64,000 nucleotides of DNA from an uncultured Alphaproteobacteria bacterium (GTDB lineage: Bacteria; Pseudomonadota; Alphaproteobacteria; HIMB59; GCA-002718135). The translations under genes were made by a program, and so were the position numbers. Under the pieces are notes generated by a model, which did not search any database, had not been told where the DNA came from, and was given only the letters and a program-made list of their open reading frames with translations. The stretch is from NCBI GenBank assembly GCA_902514875.1, contig CABXSY010000003.1, positions 31,139 to 95,138 of the forward strand, written 5' to 3'. Of the stretch, positions 26,381 through 36,636 are shown piece after piece; the stretch's first letter is position 1; the number at the start of each line of letters is the position of its first letter.

Positions 26381-27163
26381 TCACCATTTATTAACAGATC
26401 CCAAAAGTAGTTTTTGTAAATTACTTCCATTTTTTTTTATTTTTGAAATAATTGGTCCATCAAATGTTTCTCGAGATTTCATCCATGAATTTTGGTAGCA
26501 TATTAGGCTTACTCTTCTATTAGATTTAGAATTATTTGCTAAACCTCTATGATATATCCAGCCATTAAAGAGCACTGCTTGCCCAGGTTTTGCATAAACT
26601 ATCTTTTGATCTGGAAATTCAAAATCTTTTTTCGGTGGTTTAAAAAAAGCTTTTTGACTTCCTGGCACTATTGCAATAGGGCCATTTTTATCTGTTAAAG
26701 AATCTAAGTAATATCCGCAATTTATTTGACCAGGTATACTCCCAATTGGCGTACCATTTGGATCTACAGGCCAATTACCATCTCTATGCCAATTTTGATT
26801 TTTAGAACCAGGCCTTGATAATCTTGCAGAGGCACTGTGCAACTGTATACAGTTTCCAAGAATTGCGGATATTCTTTTAATTACTGGTTTATTATCAAGT
26901 AAAAATAAAAAAGCTTTATCATATTCAAACAAATTAAAGTCAATATGATCTTTATTTTTTAATTTTTTAAAAGTTTTATCAAAAGTTTTTCTTAAAATTA
27001 TAATTTGATTATTTGTTAAGGCTTTATCAATAATAAGATAGCCCCATTTAAGAAAAAAATTTACCTCTTTTTCTAAATTTTTATCTAAATCTGGATTTAG
27101 TTTATCTGGTATTATTTTTTTATCATAATTTATTTCAAACTCATTATTTAATTTATACATCAA
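26381..27163 (-). CDS. Phytanoyl-CoA dioxygenase (PhyH) family Fe(II)/2-oxoglutarate dioxygenase
   Basis: WHRD, NGP..VPGS, IYHRG..N.S...R facial-triad pattern. Confidence 0.85.
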   Translation of the reverse strand: MMYKLNNEFEINYDKKIIPDKLNPDLDKNLEKEVNFFLKWGYLIIDKALTNNQIIILRKTFDKTFKKLKNKDHIDFNLFEYDKAFLFLLDNKPVIKRISAILGNCIQLHSASARLSRPGSKNQNWHRDGNWPVDPNGTPIGSIPGQINCGYYLDSLTDKNGPIAIVPGSQKAFFKPPKKDFEFPDQKIVYAKPGQAVLFNGWIYHRGLANNSKSNRRVSLICYQNSWMKSRETFDGPIISKIKKNGSNLQKLLLGSVNKW

Positions 27164-28523
27164 AAACTTTTCCAGGATTTAAAATATTATTTGGATCAAA
27201 ACTTCTCTTAATTAATTTCATTAGAGGAATATTATCTGGATGTTGTTTCAATAAATACTCTTTCTTTTGAAGACCTATACCGTGTTCGCCTGTTATAGTT
27301 CCATCCATTTCTAATGCTTTATCAATTAATTTATTACTAAATGCTCTAATATATTTATATTCATTTTCTTTGCTAGGATCGTAAACAACAGATACATGAA
27401 AGTTTCCATCCCCTACATGACCAACCATTGGTGCTCTTAATCCAGTATTTCTAAGTTCTGTTTCTGCAAATTTTATACATTCCACAATGTTTGAAATAGG
27501 TACACAAACATCAGTGACATACACTCTAATGTTATCTCCTTCTGCTTTTACTGAATAATACACATTATGCCTTGCTTTCCAGATTTTATTTCTTTCTTCA
27601 GTGTTTGCTGCCCACTTAAATTCACTACCATTATTATTTTTAGAAATTTCCTCCACTACATCAATCGATTCTTTATTAGAAATTTCGCTCCCATGGAACT
27701 CATAGAATAGTGTAGGCAAACTTTCTAAATTTTCTAACTTTGAATATTTAATACTTATATCCATTTGATCTTTATTTAATAATTCTATTCTTGCAATTGG
27801 CACACCATACTGAATTACTTCTTGTGCTGTTAAAACAGCAGAGTCTAGATCCGGGAATTGACAAACAGCACTCATAATACTTTCAGGTATAGGTGATAAC
27901 CTTAGATGAACCTCAGTAATAATCCCAAGTGTTCCTTCTGAACCAACAAAAAGATTTGTTAAATTATATCCAGCAGAGGTTTTTTTTGCTCTACTTCCTG
28001 TTTTAATTATATTGCCATTCGCCATTACAACCGTTAAACCAAGAACACTTGTTCGCATTGTTCCATATCTAACTGCCATCGTTCCGGAAGCAGAACAAGC
28101 CGCCATACCTCCAAGAGAAGCATTTGCACCCGGATCTATTGGGAAAAAAACCCCTTTATCTTTTAAAGCTTCATTTAGTTGTTCACGTGATACGTTTGCT
28201 TGTACACGACAATCAAAGTCCGCCTCATTAATAGAAATAACTTTGTTAAAATTTTCCATTGAAATTGTAAAACCTTCATCATTTCCAACAACATGACCTT
28301 CTAAAGATGTGCCAGTACCATAGGCAGTTATTGGTACTTTAAATTCATTACAAATTTTTAATATTTTTGAGAGTTCTTCGTTATTTTTTGGAAACAAAAC
28401 TGCCCTAGGAAGAACAGGATCATAGGCATCTTCACCTTTTGCATGATTATTTCTTACACTTTCTGAAAATGATATTCTTTCTTGTAAAATATCTTTTAAA
28501 TTGTCTAATAATCCTCTATCCAT
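27153..28523 (-). CDS. FAD-linked oxidase, D-lactate dehydrogenase (cytochrome)-like
   Basis: GTGTSLEG, DPGANASLGGMA, GSEGTLGII, GHVGDGNFH, GEHGIG, NPGK. Confidence 0.88.
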   Translation of the reverse strand: MDRGLLDNLKDILQERISFSESVRNNHAKGEDAYDPVLPRAVLFPKNNEELSKILKICNEFKVPITAYGTGTSLEGHVVGNDEGFTISMENFNKVISINEADFDCRVQANVSREQLNEALKDKGVFFPIDPGANASLGGMAACSASGTMAVRYGTMRTSVLGLTVVMANGNIIKTGSRAKKTSAGYNLTNLFVGSEGTLGIITEVHLRLSPIPESIMSAVCQFPDLDSAVLTAQEVIQYGVPIARIELLNKDQMDISIKYSKLENLESLPTLFYEFHGSEISNKESIDVVEEISKNNNGSEFKWAANTEERNKIWKARHNVYYSVKAEGDNIRVYVTDVCVPISNIVECIKFAETELRNTGLRAPMVGHVGDGNFHVSVVYDPSKENEYKYIRAFSNKLIDKALEMDGTITGEHGIGLQKKEYLLKQHPDNIPLMKLIKRSFDPNNILNPGKVFDV

Positions 28524-28556
28524 GATTTAATAATATTAATTATTCAATAAAAGTAA

Positions 28557-29555
28557 ATGAATACCACACCATTAGAATTAGAAAATATATATGATTTAGC
28601 ATATAATGCACTATCAGCCCATGGATGTGATCATTTCAATGCTGATTCTGTAGCAACAACAGTTTCCCATGCTGAAAGAGATGGAAGTGTTTCTCATGGA
28701 TTGTTTCGTATTCCTGGTTATGTAGCTTCTTTAAAAAGTAAAAAAGCAAATGGAGTTTCACGACCTTCAAATACTTATCTTACACAAAATGCAATTCGTG
28801 TTGAGGGAGATTATGGCTTTGCTCCTGTAGGAATAAAAGTTGGTTTACCTGAATTGATTAATACTACAAATAAACATGGAGTTGGAGTTTTAACTATAAC
28901 TAATACTCATCATTTTGCAGCACTATGGCATGAAACTGAAGCATTAGCTAAAAATAACTTAATAGGAATTGCTTGTACAGCTTATAAACCAAGTGTAGCT
29001 CCTGCAGGTGCAAAAAAACCACTATTTGGAACAAACCCAATTTCATTTGCATGGCCAAGAAAAAATAAAACACCTGTGGTTTACGATATGGCAACTTCTA
29101 CTATGGCTATGGGAGAAGTTCAGGTTGCAGCACGAGATGGTCATAAAGTTCCTCTTGGTACAGGCTTAAATAAAGATGGAGAAAAAACTGATGATCCATC
29201 TCAAATTGCTAATGGAGGAGTTCTTCTGACTTTTGGTGATTATAAAGGTTCCGCAATAGCAATGATGATTGAATTATTAGCTGCTGGCTTAGTTGGAGAT
29301 TTATTTAGTTTTGAAGCTAAAGAAGAAGATAATAATGATGGTGGTCCTGCAAGGGGAGGTGAATTTATTATGGCTCTATCTCCCGAACTTATAGCAGGAA
29401 AAAATTGGAATGAACACGCAGAAAAATTTTTTGAACAAATGACATCTTTAGATGGTGTTCGTTTACCTGGACAACGAAGACATACTAATAGGCTAGATAA
29501 AGGCCCAAGAAAAATTAATTCAGAACTAATAGAAAAAATAAAGAGTTTAATCTAA
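28557..29555 (+). CDS. Ldh_2 (type-2 malate/L-lactate dehydrogenase) family oxidoreductase, DpkA-like
   Basis: SHGLFRIPGY, HHFAALW, FGTNP, DMATS, RLPG. Confidence 0.85.
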   Translation: MNTTPLELENIYDLAYNALSAHGCDHFNADSVATTVSHAERDGSVSHGLFRIPGYVASLKSKKANGVSRPSNTYLTQNAIRVEGDYGFAPVGIKVGLPELINTTNKHGVGVLTITNTHHFAALWHETEALAKNNLIGIACTAYKPSVAPAGAKKPLFGTNPISFAWPRKNKTPVVYDMATSTMAMGEVQVAARDGHKVPLGTGLNKDGEKTDDPSQIANGGVLLTFGDYKGSAIAMMIELLAAGLVGDLFSFEAKEEDNNDGGPARGGEFIMALSPELIAGKNWNEHAEKFFEQMTSLDGVRLPGQRRHTNRLDKGPRKINSELIEKIKSLI

Positions 29556-29562
29556 TCCACTT

Positions 29563-30753
29563 ATGGATAATATTAAATTAGATTTTCAAAAACACATTGA
29601 TGCTGGTAGATGTAATGGAGCTGAATGGATAATAAATTATAAAAATAGTATTTATCATGAAGCAATTGGTTACAGAGATTTGGAGTTAAAAAATAAGCTT
29701 AATAAAAATTCATATTACAGAATTTGGTCAATGACAAAGCCAATTATTGGTTTTGCTGCAATGCAATTAATTGAAAAAAACTTCTTATCCCTTGATGATA
29801 CTATAGATAAACATTTATCTGATTTTAAAAATATTAAAAAACTTAGCAGTATTGAAAGTAACTTAAGCGATACAACTACTCTAGAAAATAAACCTACCGT
29901 AAGACAGCTTTTACAACATACAGCAGGGTTTACGTATAATAGTTGTGATAATTTCTTAGCTAAAGAATATGAGGATAGGAGTCTATTTCATTCTTCATCT
30001 TCAAGTTTGGAGGAAGAGATTAGTAAAATTTCTGAATTACCTTTGTTATATGAGCCTGGTTTAAACTGGCATTATTCTATATCTATAGATGTTTTAGCTA
30101 GAGTTATAGAAGTGGTAACAAAAGATAAAATTTCAGATATTTTGAATGAAAATATTTTTTTACCTTTAGAAATGAATGATACAAATTTTTATATTGATGG
30201 AAATAGTAATAAACAGTTAGTGGAAACATTTGAATACAATAGTGATAAATTAAAACTAACAAATTTAAATTACGATAAAAGAAAATTAATTTTATATGGA
30301 TACCCTGCAAATGATAAAAATTATTCCAGAGGAGGTCACGGTTTATTTTCTACAGCTGAAGATTATGAAAAATTTGCCAGAATGCTTATCAATGGTAAAA
30401 ATAAAAATGGAAAAGAGCTTATTAATTCTCAAAGTTTAGAGTTAATGCGAAATAATTCTTTAAACAAAGAGTTATTTCCAATTGAAATTACATCAATTAA
30501 TACAAATAAAGATGAAGATTATGAAAATGATTTAGATGGGTATGGTTGGGGTTTAGGATTTAGAGTTTTGATGAATAATACCACTCAAAATAAGTTTGGT
30601 CCAGTTGGAGAATTTGGATGGTCAGGATATGCCGCTAGTTACTTTTTGGTAGATCCAAAAAATAATTTATCAGCTGTTTTAATGATGCAAATTTTAGATG
30701 CTGATAAGAATATTAAAAAAGATTTTTATAATAATATCTTTAAAAATCTTTAA
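29563..30753 (+). CDS. Serine hydrolase, beta-lactamase/esterase class C family
   Basis: SMTK (SxxK), LLQHTAG, YS, FGWSG. Confidence 0.88.
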   Translation: MDNIKLDFQKHIDAGRCNGAEWIINYKNSIYHEAIGYRDLELKNKLNKNSYYRIWSMTKPIIGFAAMQLIEKNFLSLDDTIDKHLSDFKNIKKLSSIESNLSDTTTLENKPTVRQLLQHTAGFTYNSCDNFLAKEYEDRSLFHSSSSSLEEEISKISELPLLYEPGLNWHYSISIDVLARVIEVVTKDKISDILNENIFLPLEMNDTNFYIDGNSNKQLVETFEYNSDKLKLTNLNYDKRKLILYGYPANDKNYSRGGHGLFSTAEDYEKFARMLINGKNKNGKELINSQSLELMRNNSLNKELFPIEITSINTNKDEDYENDLDGYGWGLGFRVLMNNTTQNKFGPVGEFGWSGYAASYFLVDPKNNLSAVLMMQILDADKNIKKDFYNNIFKNL

Positions 30754-31613
30754 TGAGCTTTAAATCAAATCCCTATACATATGGAATAACTTTAACCCTT
30801 TTAACTTATTTATCTTTTGGTATTTTAGATACAATTCAAAAAACAGCAGTTCAATATCACTCTGTTTTTGTATTATTATTTGTTAAATATTCTTTCTGTT
30901 TTATTTTTTCTTTTTTTATTGCTAAAAAAAATAAAGTTAAAAAATTTTATCTTTCAAAAAATTACAAGATACAAATAACTAGATGTATTTTATCTGTATG
31001 CGAATCTTGTTTTTTCGTATTATCTTTTAGGCATTTAGCTTTAGCTGATGCTCATACGATAGGTTCTTTAGCACCTGTTTTAGTTTTAGTTTTTTCTTAT
31101 TTCATTTTAAAAGAAAAAATAAATGCAGCTACTTGGTTAGCAATTGGTGTGAGTTTTTGTGGAGTTATTCTAATTATGCGACCTGGACTGACTATATTTA
31201 ATCCTTATCTAATTATTCCATTATGTGCTGCTTTTTTTTATTCATTATTTCAAATAGCAACAAGATTAAATGCTCAATATGATGATAATGAAACTATGTT
31301 GTTCTACAATGGTCTTATAGGTGCGATTATTACATTTGTATTATCACTTTTTTTCTGGCAACCTCTACATTCATTTTCTTTTATCTTTTTTATTTTTTTA
31401 GGCATCTTTTTTTGTACTGGTTTATTTTTACAAATTAAGGCATTGAGTATTACACCAGCAAGTATTTTAGCACCCTACAATTATACTATCATAATTTGGG
31501 GGATAATTTTTGGTTTATTAGTATATAGAGAAGTCCCAGATATATTTACGATTATAGGAGCAATTATTATTGTTTCATCAGGAATATTTATATTTAGATA
31601 TTCTTATAAGTAG
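30753..31613 (+). CDS. DMT/EamA family transporter
   Basis: About 10 hydrophobic segments, LKEKI, GVILIMRPG. Confidence 0.88.
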   Translation: MSFKSNPYTYGITLTLLTYLSFGILDTIQKTAVQYHSVFVLLFVKYSFCFIFSFFIAKKNKVKKFYLSKNYKIQITRCILSVCESCFFVLSFRHLALADAHTIGSLAPVLVLVFSYFILKEKINAATWLAIGVSFCGVILIMRPGLTIFNPYLIIPLCAAFFYSLFQIATRLNAQYDDNETMLFYNGLIGAIITFVLSLFFWQPLHSFSFIFFIFLGIFFCTGLFLQIKALSITPASILAPYNYTIIIWGIIFGLLVYREVPDIFTIIGAIIIVSSGIFIFRYSYK

Positions 31614-31662
31614 ATTTAATTTCTTTGTATCAATTAAAAAATTAATGTTATAAATTTGCTTT

Positions 31663-33147
31663 ATGTTTATTGGAATTGATCTTGGAACTTCATCAATCAA
31701 AATGATTTTAATTGATCAAAATCAAAGCATTCTTGCATCCGCTAATTCAAGTCTTACTGTACAAACTCCTAAAGATGGTTTTAGTGAACAAAATCCACAA
31801 GAATGGATTAATTCAACCATGGAATGTTTCGAGGTTTTAAAGTCAAAAAAACCAAAAGAATTTTCACAAACTATTTCAATAGGAATATCCGGTCATATGC
31901 ATGGAGCTACGTTAATAGATAAAGATGGAAAGGTTATTAGACCATGTATTCTTTGGAACGATACAAGATCATATCAAGAGTGTGAAGAATTTGAAAAACA
32001 AAATTTTGATGTACGATCAATTTCAGGAAATTTAACTATGCCTGGTTTTACCGCACCAAAAATAAATTGGATAAAAAATAATGAACTAGATAATTTTAAA
32101 AAAATTTTCAAAGTCTTACTTCCTAAAGATTACTTACGATTTGTTCTTACTGGTGAATTTTTTTCGGAAATGTCAGACGCTTCTGGAACATTATGGCTAG
32201 ATATCCAAAAAAGAAAATGGTCTAATCAACTTTTATCTTGCTCATTTTTAGAAGAAAAACACATGCCAGATCTAGTGGAAGGTAATGAGCAGACAGGATT
32301 TTTAAAAAAAGATTTAAAAGAGAAATTTAATTTTAATAATAATGTTAAAGTTGTGGGTGGAGCAGGTGATAATGCTGCCGCAGCAACTGGTATGGGTATA
32401 ACAAATAAAAATCAATCATTTATATCTCTTGGCACTTCAGGTGTTTTTTTTACTCCTACTGAAAACTTTTTGAGTAATACTGGTGATGCAGTACATTCTT
32501 TTTGTCATTGTTTACCAAATAAATGGCACCTAATGTCTGTTATGTTAAGTGCGAGTAATTGTTTAGATTGGATTTGCGCTATTACCAATACTTCAATTGC
32601 TGATACTCTTAATAATGTAGAGCAATTTTATAATGATAAAAATTCTATAAAAAATTCATCATATTTTTTACCTTATTTGTCTGGAGAAAGAACTCCGCAT
32701 AATGATCCACATATAAGAGGTTCACTCCATTCTATAAAAACAACTACAAATTCAACAGATTTACAGTATGCAGTAATTGAAGGTGTAAGTTTTGGAATAT
32801 TAGATGGAGTAAATTCTATTTTGAAAGTTAATAATAACTTTGATAAAATATTTATGGTTGGAGGTGGTTCAAAAAGTTCATTTTGGATTGAATTGCTTGG
32901 AGCACTTTTAAATAGAAAGTTAAGTGTTTGTGATCAAAGCGAATTTGGTGCCGCACTTGGTGTTGCAAGATTAGCTATGTATCAGGATTCTACTATTGAT
33001 AATAAAGATAATATTATTAGTGAAATAAAAATAAGTAAAACTTATGAACCTAACGAAGATAAAATTGATCTTTTATTACAAAGGTATACAATTTGGAAAG
33101 ATTTATATAGCAGTAATAATAAAATTGCTAAAAATTTTAATTTTTAG
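31663..33147 (+). CDS. xylB: Xylulokinase (FGGY family)
   Basis: GIDLGTS, SGHMHG, LWNDTR, SDASGT, GERTPHND. Confidence 0.9.
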   Translation: MFIGIDLGTSSIKMILIDQNQSILASANSSLTVQTPKDGFSEQNPQEWINSTMECFEVLKSKKPKEFSQTISIGISGHMHGATLIDKDGKVIRPCILWNDTRSYQECEEFEKQNFDVRSISGNLTMPGFTAPKINWIKNNELDNFKKIFKVLLPKDYLRFVLTGEFFSEMSDASGTLWLDIQKRKWSNQLLSCSFLEEKHMPDLVEGNEQTGFLKKDLKEKFNFNNNVKVVGGAGDNAAAATGMGITNKNQSFISLGTSGVFFTPTENFLSNTGDAVHSFCHCLPNKWHLMSVMLSASNCLDWICAITNTSIADTLNNVEQFYNDKNSIKNSSYFLPYLSGERTPHNDPHIRGSLHSIKTTTNSTDLQYAVIEGVSFGILDGVNSILKVNNNFDKIFMVGGGSKSSFWIELLGALLNRKLSVCDQSEFGAALGVARLAMYQDSTIDNKDNIISEIKISKTYEPNEDKIDLLLQRYTIWKDLYSSNNKIAKNFNF

Positions 33148-33168
33148 TAAATATATTTTAAAAGAAAA

Positions 33169-33732
33169 TTATTCTTTAAAAAGAAAAATATTTGCCTTTA
33201 TCTTTATTCTATCTTTGAGGATTTTTGTGTTTTTCCAATTACCAGTCCCTATCTTAAAGTCATTTCTAGAAAAAGATATTTCACTTTTTACCTGAACCAA
33301 CACACTGGCTAATTTTATTACTTCAATATTAATAGGAATATTTTGACTCTTTCCCTTTATTGTTAATTCACCTGTTAAATTAATTTTATTGTCTTCATAA
33401 TTAAATTTAAAATTATTTGTATCTATAATACCTAAAGGAAATTTTTTAGCATCAAAAAAAAATTCACTAAGCACTAAATCTTTATACCGATTGTAATTTA
33501 TATCTAAGCTATCAATTCTAACATTTATAAGAGCCTTATTGTTATTTTGATTTGACAAATCTAAGGAAACAAAACCATCAAATTCATTAAATTTACCATT
33601 TACATTATTTGCAAATAAAACTGGTACTTCAAATTCTATACTAGAAATGTTTTTATCAATAGTCCATAAATCATTAGCTACACTCTGTTCAAAATACAGA
33701 AATATAAAAAATAAACTAAATATTACTTTCAA
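33169..33732 (-). CDS. YceI family lipid/polyisoprenoid-binding protein
   Basis: Signal peptide, GKFNEFDG, FFDAKKFP, GELTIKG, R.DFKIG. Confidence 0.85.
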   Translation of the reverse strand: MKVIFSLFFIFLYFEQSVANDLWTIDKNISSIEFEVPVLFANNVNGKFNEFDGFVSLDLSNQNNNKALINVRIDSLDINYNRYKDLVLSEFFFDAKKFPLGIIDTNNFKFNYEDNKINLTGELTIKGKSQNIPINIEVIKLASVLVQVKSEISFSRNDFKIGTGNWKNTKILKDRIKIKANIFLFKE

Positions 33733-34144
33733 TATATATCCTTGCTAGTTCATCAGCTTTCTCATTAAATTCGAAACCTGCGTGACCCTTAACCCACTTC
33801 CATGTAACACTATGTTTATTTATTAGATTATCTAATTGCATCCATAATTCTTTATTTTTCACTATTTTTTTTGCTGATGTTTTCCATCCATTTTTTTTCC
33901 AATTTGTAATCCATGATTCAATACCATCCTTTACATATTTGCTATCTGTATAAATGATTAATTCTTTTTTTATCTCAAAATATTCCAGTGCTTTTATTGC
34001 CGCTGTAAGTTCCATTTTATTATTTGTTGTGTGTTGATTTCCGCCATTTAACAATATTTCTTTATTATTTTCTAATATAACAACCCCCCATCCACCTATG
34101 CCTGGGTTGCCAGAACATGCACCGTCAGTATAAATATTAATCAT
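33716..34144 (-). CDS. rnhA: Ribonuclease HI
   Basis: YTDGACSGNPG, TTNNKMEL, TDSKY, WVKGH, NEKAD. Confidence 0.97.
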   Translation of the reverse strand: MINIYTDGACSGNPGIGGWGVVILENNKEILLNGGNQHTTNNKMELTAAIKALEYFEIKKELIIYTDSKYVKDGIESWITNWKKNGWKTSAKKIVKNKELWMQLDNLINKHSVTWKWVKGHAGFEFNEKADELARIYIESNI

Positions 34145-35094
34145 TATTCAGAAATATCATTTTGTCGATGCCATTTTAAAATATTCAAATATTCAAATGG
34201 ATCTTTTTTAACAACCACCGCATTAGGCGGATGAAAAATATAATCATGCACTCTAGTACATAATATTCTAACAGCTGCAGCTCTTAATAAAATATTTAAC
34301 GATTTCTTCTCAAGATTACTTAATTCTCTCAACTTTTGATATTCCTCAAGAATTGTCAGGTAGTTCTTTTTGTTAAAGTTATGTCCATTTTCACTAAAGC
34401 ACCAATCATTAATAACTATAGCTAAATCGTACACATAAAAATAATAACATGAAAAATAGAAATCTATTACTCCAGAAATTTTTTCATCTTCAAAAAAAAT
34501 ATTATCTCTAAACAAATCAGCATGTATTACACCACAAGGAATATTTGTTGGCCAATAATTTTCCAAATATTCTATTTCTTTTTCTAACAAATACATAGTT
34601 TCATTAAACTTTTCGGATTTATTATTAAGGCACTTTTTGTAAATTTCTTTCCAATCCTGTAAATCTAAATTGTTAGATCTTTTTTCATCAAAATTTGTGG
34701 TAAGATTGTGTAAATTGGCAACCATCTTTCCAACCTCTCTACACATTTCCAAATTAGGTTTTTCAATACTTTTACCTTCTAGAAAAGATATAATAACAGC
34801 TGTTTTATTTTTTATTCTTTTTAAAATTTTTCCATTTTTATCTGAGATAGCTTTAGGACATTTAAAATTATTTTTATTTAAAAAGTTTTTTAAATTTATA
34901 AAAAATGGTAATTCTTCTTCATTTACTCTTTTTCCAAAAATTGTTAAAATATATGGTTGATTATTACAAAAAATTTTAAAATTTGAGTTCTCTATCCCAT
35001 CTACAATTTCTTCAAAGCTATCTAAATTTCCAATTGAATAATCAGTGATAAAGTTTTCAATATCTTCTTTAAGTAATTTAGTAAAGACTGCCAT
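34144..35094 (-). CDS. thrB: Homoserine kinase type II
   Basis: MAVFT, GIENSN, IHADLFRDN, IDFYF; ispH-thrB-rnhA synteny. Confidence 0.93.
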   Translation of the reverse strand: MAVFTKLLKEDIENFITDYSIGNLDSFEEIVDGIENSNFKIFCNNQPYILTIFGKRVNEEELPFFINLKNFLNKNNFKCPKAISDKNGKILKRIKNKTAVIISFLEGKSIEKPNLEMCREVGKMVANLHNLTTNFDEKRSNNLDLQDWKEIYKKCLNNKSEKFNETMYLLEKEIEYLENYWPTNIPCGVIHADLFRDNIFFEDEKISGVIDFYFSCYYFYVYDLAIVINDWCFSENGHNFNKKNYLTILEEYQKLRELSNLEKKSLNILLRAAAVRILCTRVHDYIFHPPNAVVVKKDPFEYLNILKWHRQNDISE

Positions 35095-35097
35095 CTT

Positions 35098-36039
35098 CTA
35101 TACGTTTAGTTTTTGTGGTACTTTAAAAAATACATCTTCTTTTTGATAAGATCCTTCATTTATATGTATTTCAAAATTTCTTTTCAAATTATCAAGAAGT
35201 TTTTTAACAAGTACTTCTGGTGATGATGCACTTGCTGTAATTCCTACATTTTCAGATTCTTGAAATATATTTAAATTTAAGGAATCTACATCTTCTACTA
35301 AAATAGCTTTTTTTGACCCATAATTTTTTGCTACTTCAACTAATCTCAAAGAATTTGATGAGTTACTTGCACCAATTACTAAGAAATAATCACATTGATT
35401 CGCTATCTTTTTTACTGCTTCTTGTCTATTTGTTGTTGCATAACAAATATCATTTTTTTTTGGTTCTATAACATTAATAAAATGTAATTTTATCTCTTTT
35501 ATTATATCTTTAGTATCATCTACTGATAGTGTTGTCTGAGTAACATATGCAATCTCATCATTTTGATTAAAAGGTAATTTTTTTACATCTTCAATTTTTT
35601 CTACTAAATGAATTTTTTTATCTGTTTGTCCCATAGTTCCAATAACTTCAGGATGATTTCTATGACCAATTAAAATTACTGGTAGATTTTTTTTATCAAA
35701 GTTTTCAACCTCTTTATGGATTTTGCTAACAAGTGGGCACGTTGCATCATAAAATATTAAATTCAAATTTAAAGCTTCCTCTGGTACTGCTTTTGGAACA
35801 CCATGTGCAGAAAAGATAACCGGCCTGCTTTTATCTTCAATCTCATTTAATTCTTCTACAAAAATAGCTCCTTGTGATTTAAGGTTTTCAACAACAAATT
35901 TATTATGAACTATTTCATGACGAACATATACGGGCGCCCCATATTTTTTTAAAGCACCCTTAACCATTTCTATTGCCCTATCTACTCCTGCACAAAAACC
36001 TCGAGGTCCTGCAAGAAAGATATTAAGTTTTTTTGTCAT
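35098..36039 (-). CDS. ispH: 4-hydroxy-3-methylbut-2-enyl diphosphate reductase
   Basis: PRGFCAGV, DATCPLV, DICYAT.NRQ, SSNS. Confidence 0.97.
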   Translation of the reverse strand: MTKKLNIFLAGPRGFCAGVDRAIEMVKGALKKYGAPVYVRHEIVHNKFVVENLKSQGAIFVEELNEIEDKSRPVIFSAHGVPKAVPEEALNLNLIFYDATCPLVSKIHKEVENFDKKNLPVILIGHRNHPEVIGTMGQTDKKIHLVEKIEDVKKLPFNQNDEIAYVTQTTLSVDDTKDIIKEIKLHFINVIEPKKNDICYATTNRQEAVKKIANQCDYFLVIGASNSSNSLRLVEVAKNYGSKKAILVEDVDSLNLNIFQESENVGITASASSPEVLVKKLLDNLKRNFEIHINEGSYQKEDVFFKVPQKLNV

Positions 36040-36150
36040 TTAAATTTACTAACATTAATTTTGGTTAATTAATAATACTATAGATTTTGAAAATCTTTTA
36101 ATAAAAATTTATTAATATTGAATTCAATTTTGGAATAACTAAATTTACTT

Positions 36151-36636
36151 CTAGTTTTTTAGAACAGAGTTAAATACAGTAATAGATTCATCAATTAAAG
36201 CAGCTTTTTTTTCTTTACTTAGATTTTGAAGCAGAACATTTCTTGTCGCCTCTATTGCAACACTTGTGATATAATTCTTTAAAGAGTTATTGGTATCTCT
36301 AACTAATTGCTCAATTTTATTATTAGCCAAGATTTCCCTTTTTTCAATTTGATCAGACAATTTAGTAGAATATATGTCTTTTAGCTCAGCAATTTTTTTT
36401 TCAGATTCAGATTTTAGATTTTGTATTTCTTTTTCTACTCTAGCTTCTCTGTCTTTTATTTCATCCAAAGTTTTTTGAGCTTCATTTTTCAAATTCTCTA
36501 CTTCATCTATTTTATTTTTTATATCATTAATTTGTGCATCCAAACTAGATGCGAGAATTTTTCGTACTGGATTAAAAATAGCTGCAATAAATAAAATAAA
36601 AGATACTGCTACCCAAAATTGAGGATCAGCAAACAT
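36151..36636 (-). CDS. atpF: ATP synthase Fo subunit b
   Basis: DPQFWVAVSF membrane anchor plus coiled coil; operon position. Confidence 0.9.
   Translation of the reverse strand: MFADPQFWVAVSFILFIAAIFNPVRKILASSLDAQINDIKNKIDEVENLKNEAQKTLDEIKDREARVEKEIQNLKSESEKKIAELKDIYSTKLSDQIEKREILANNKIEQLVRDTNNSLKNYITSVAIEATRNVLLQNLSKEKKAALIDESITVFNSVLKN

Noticed and set aside
29563-30753. Antibiotic-resistance beta-lactamase
   Set aside because: No signal peptide; motif pattern fits cytoplasmic family VIII esterase-type serine hydrolases
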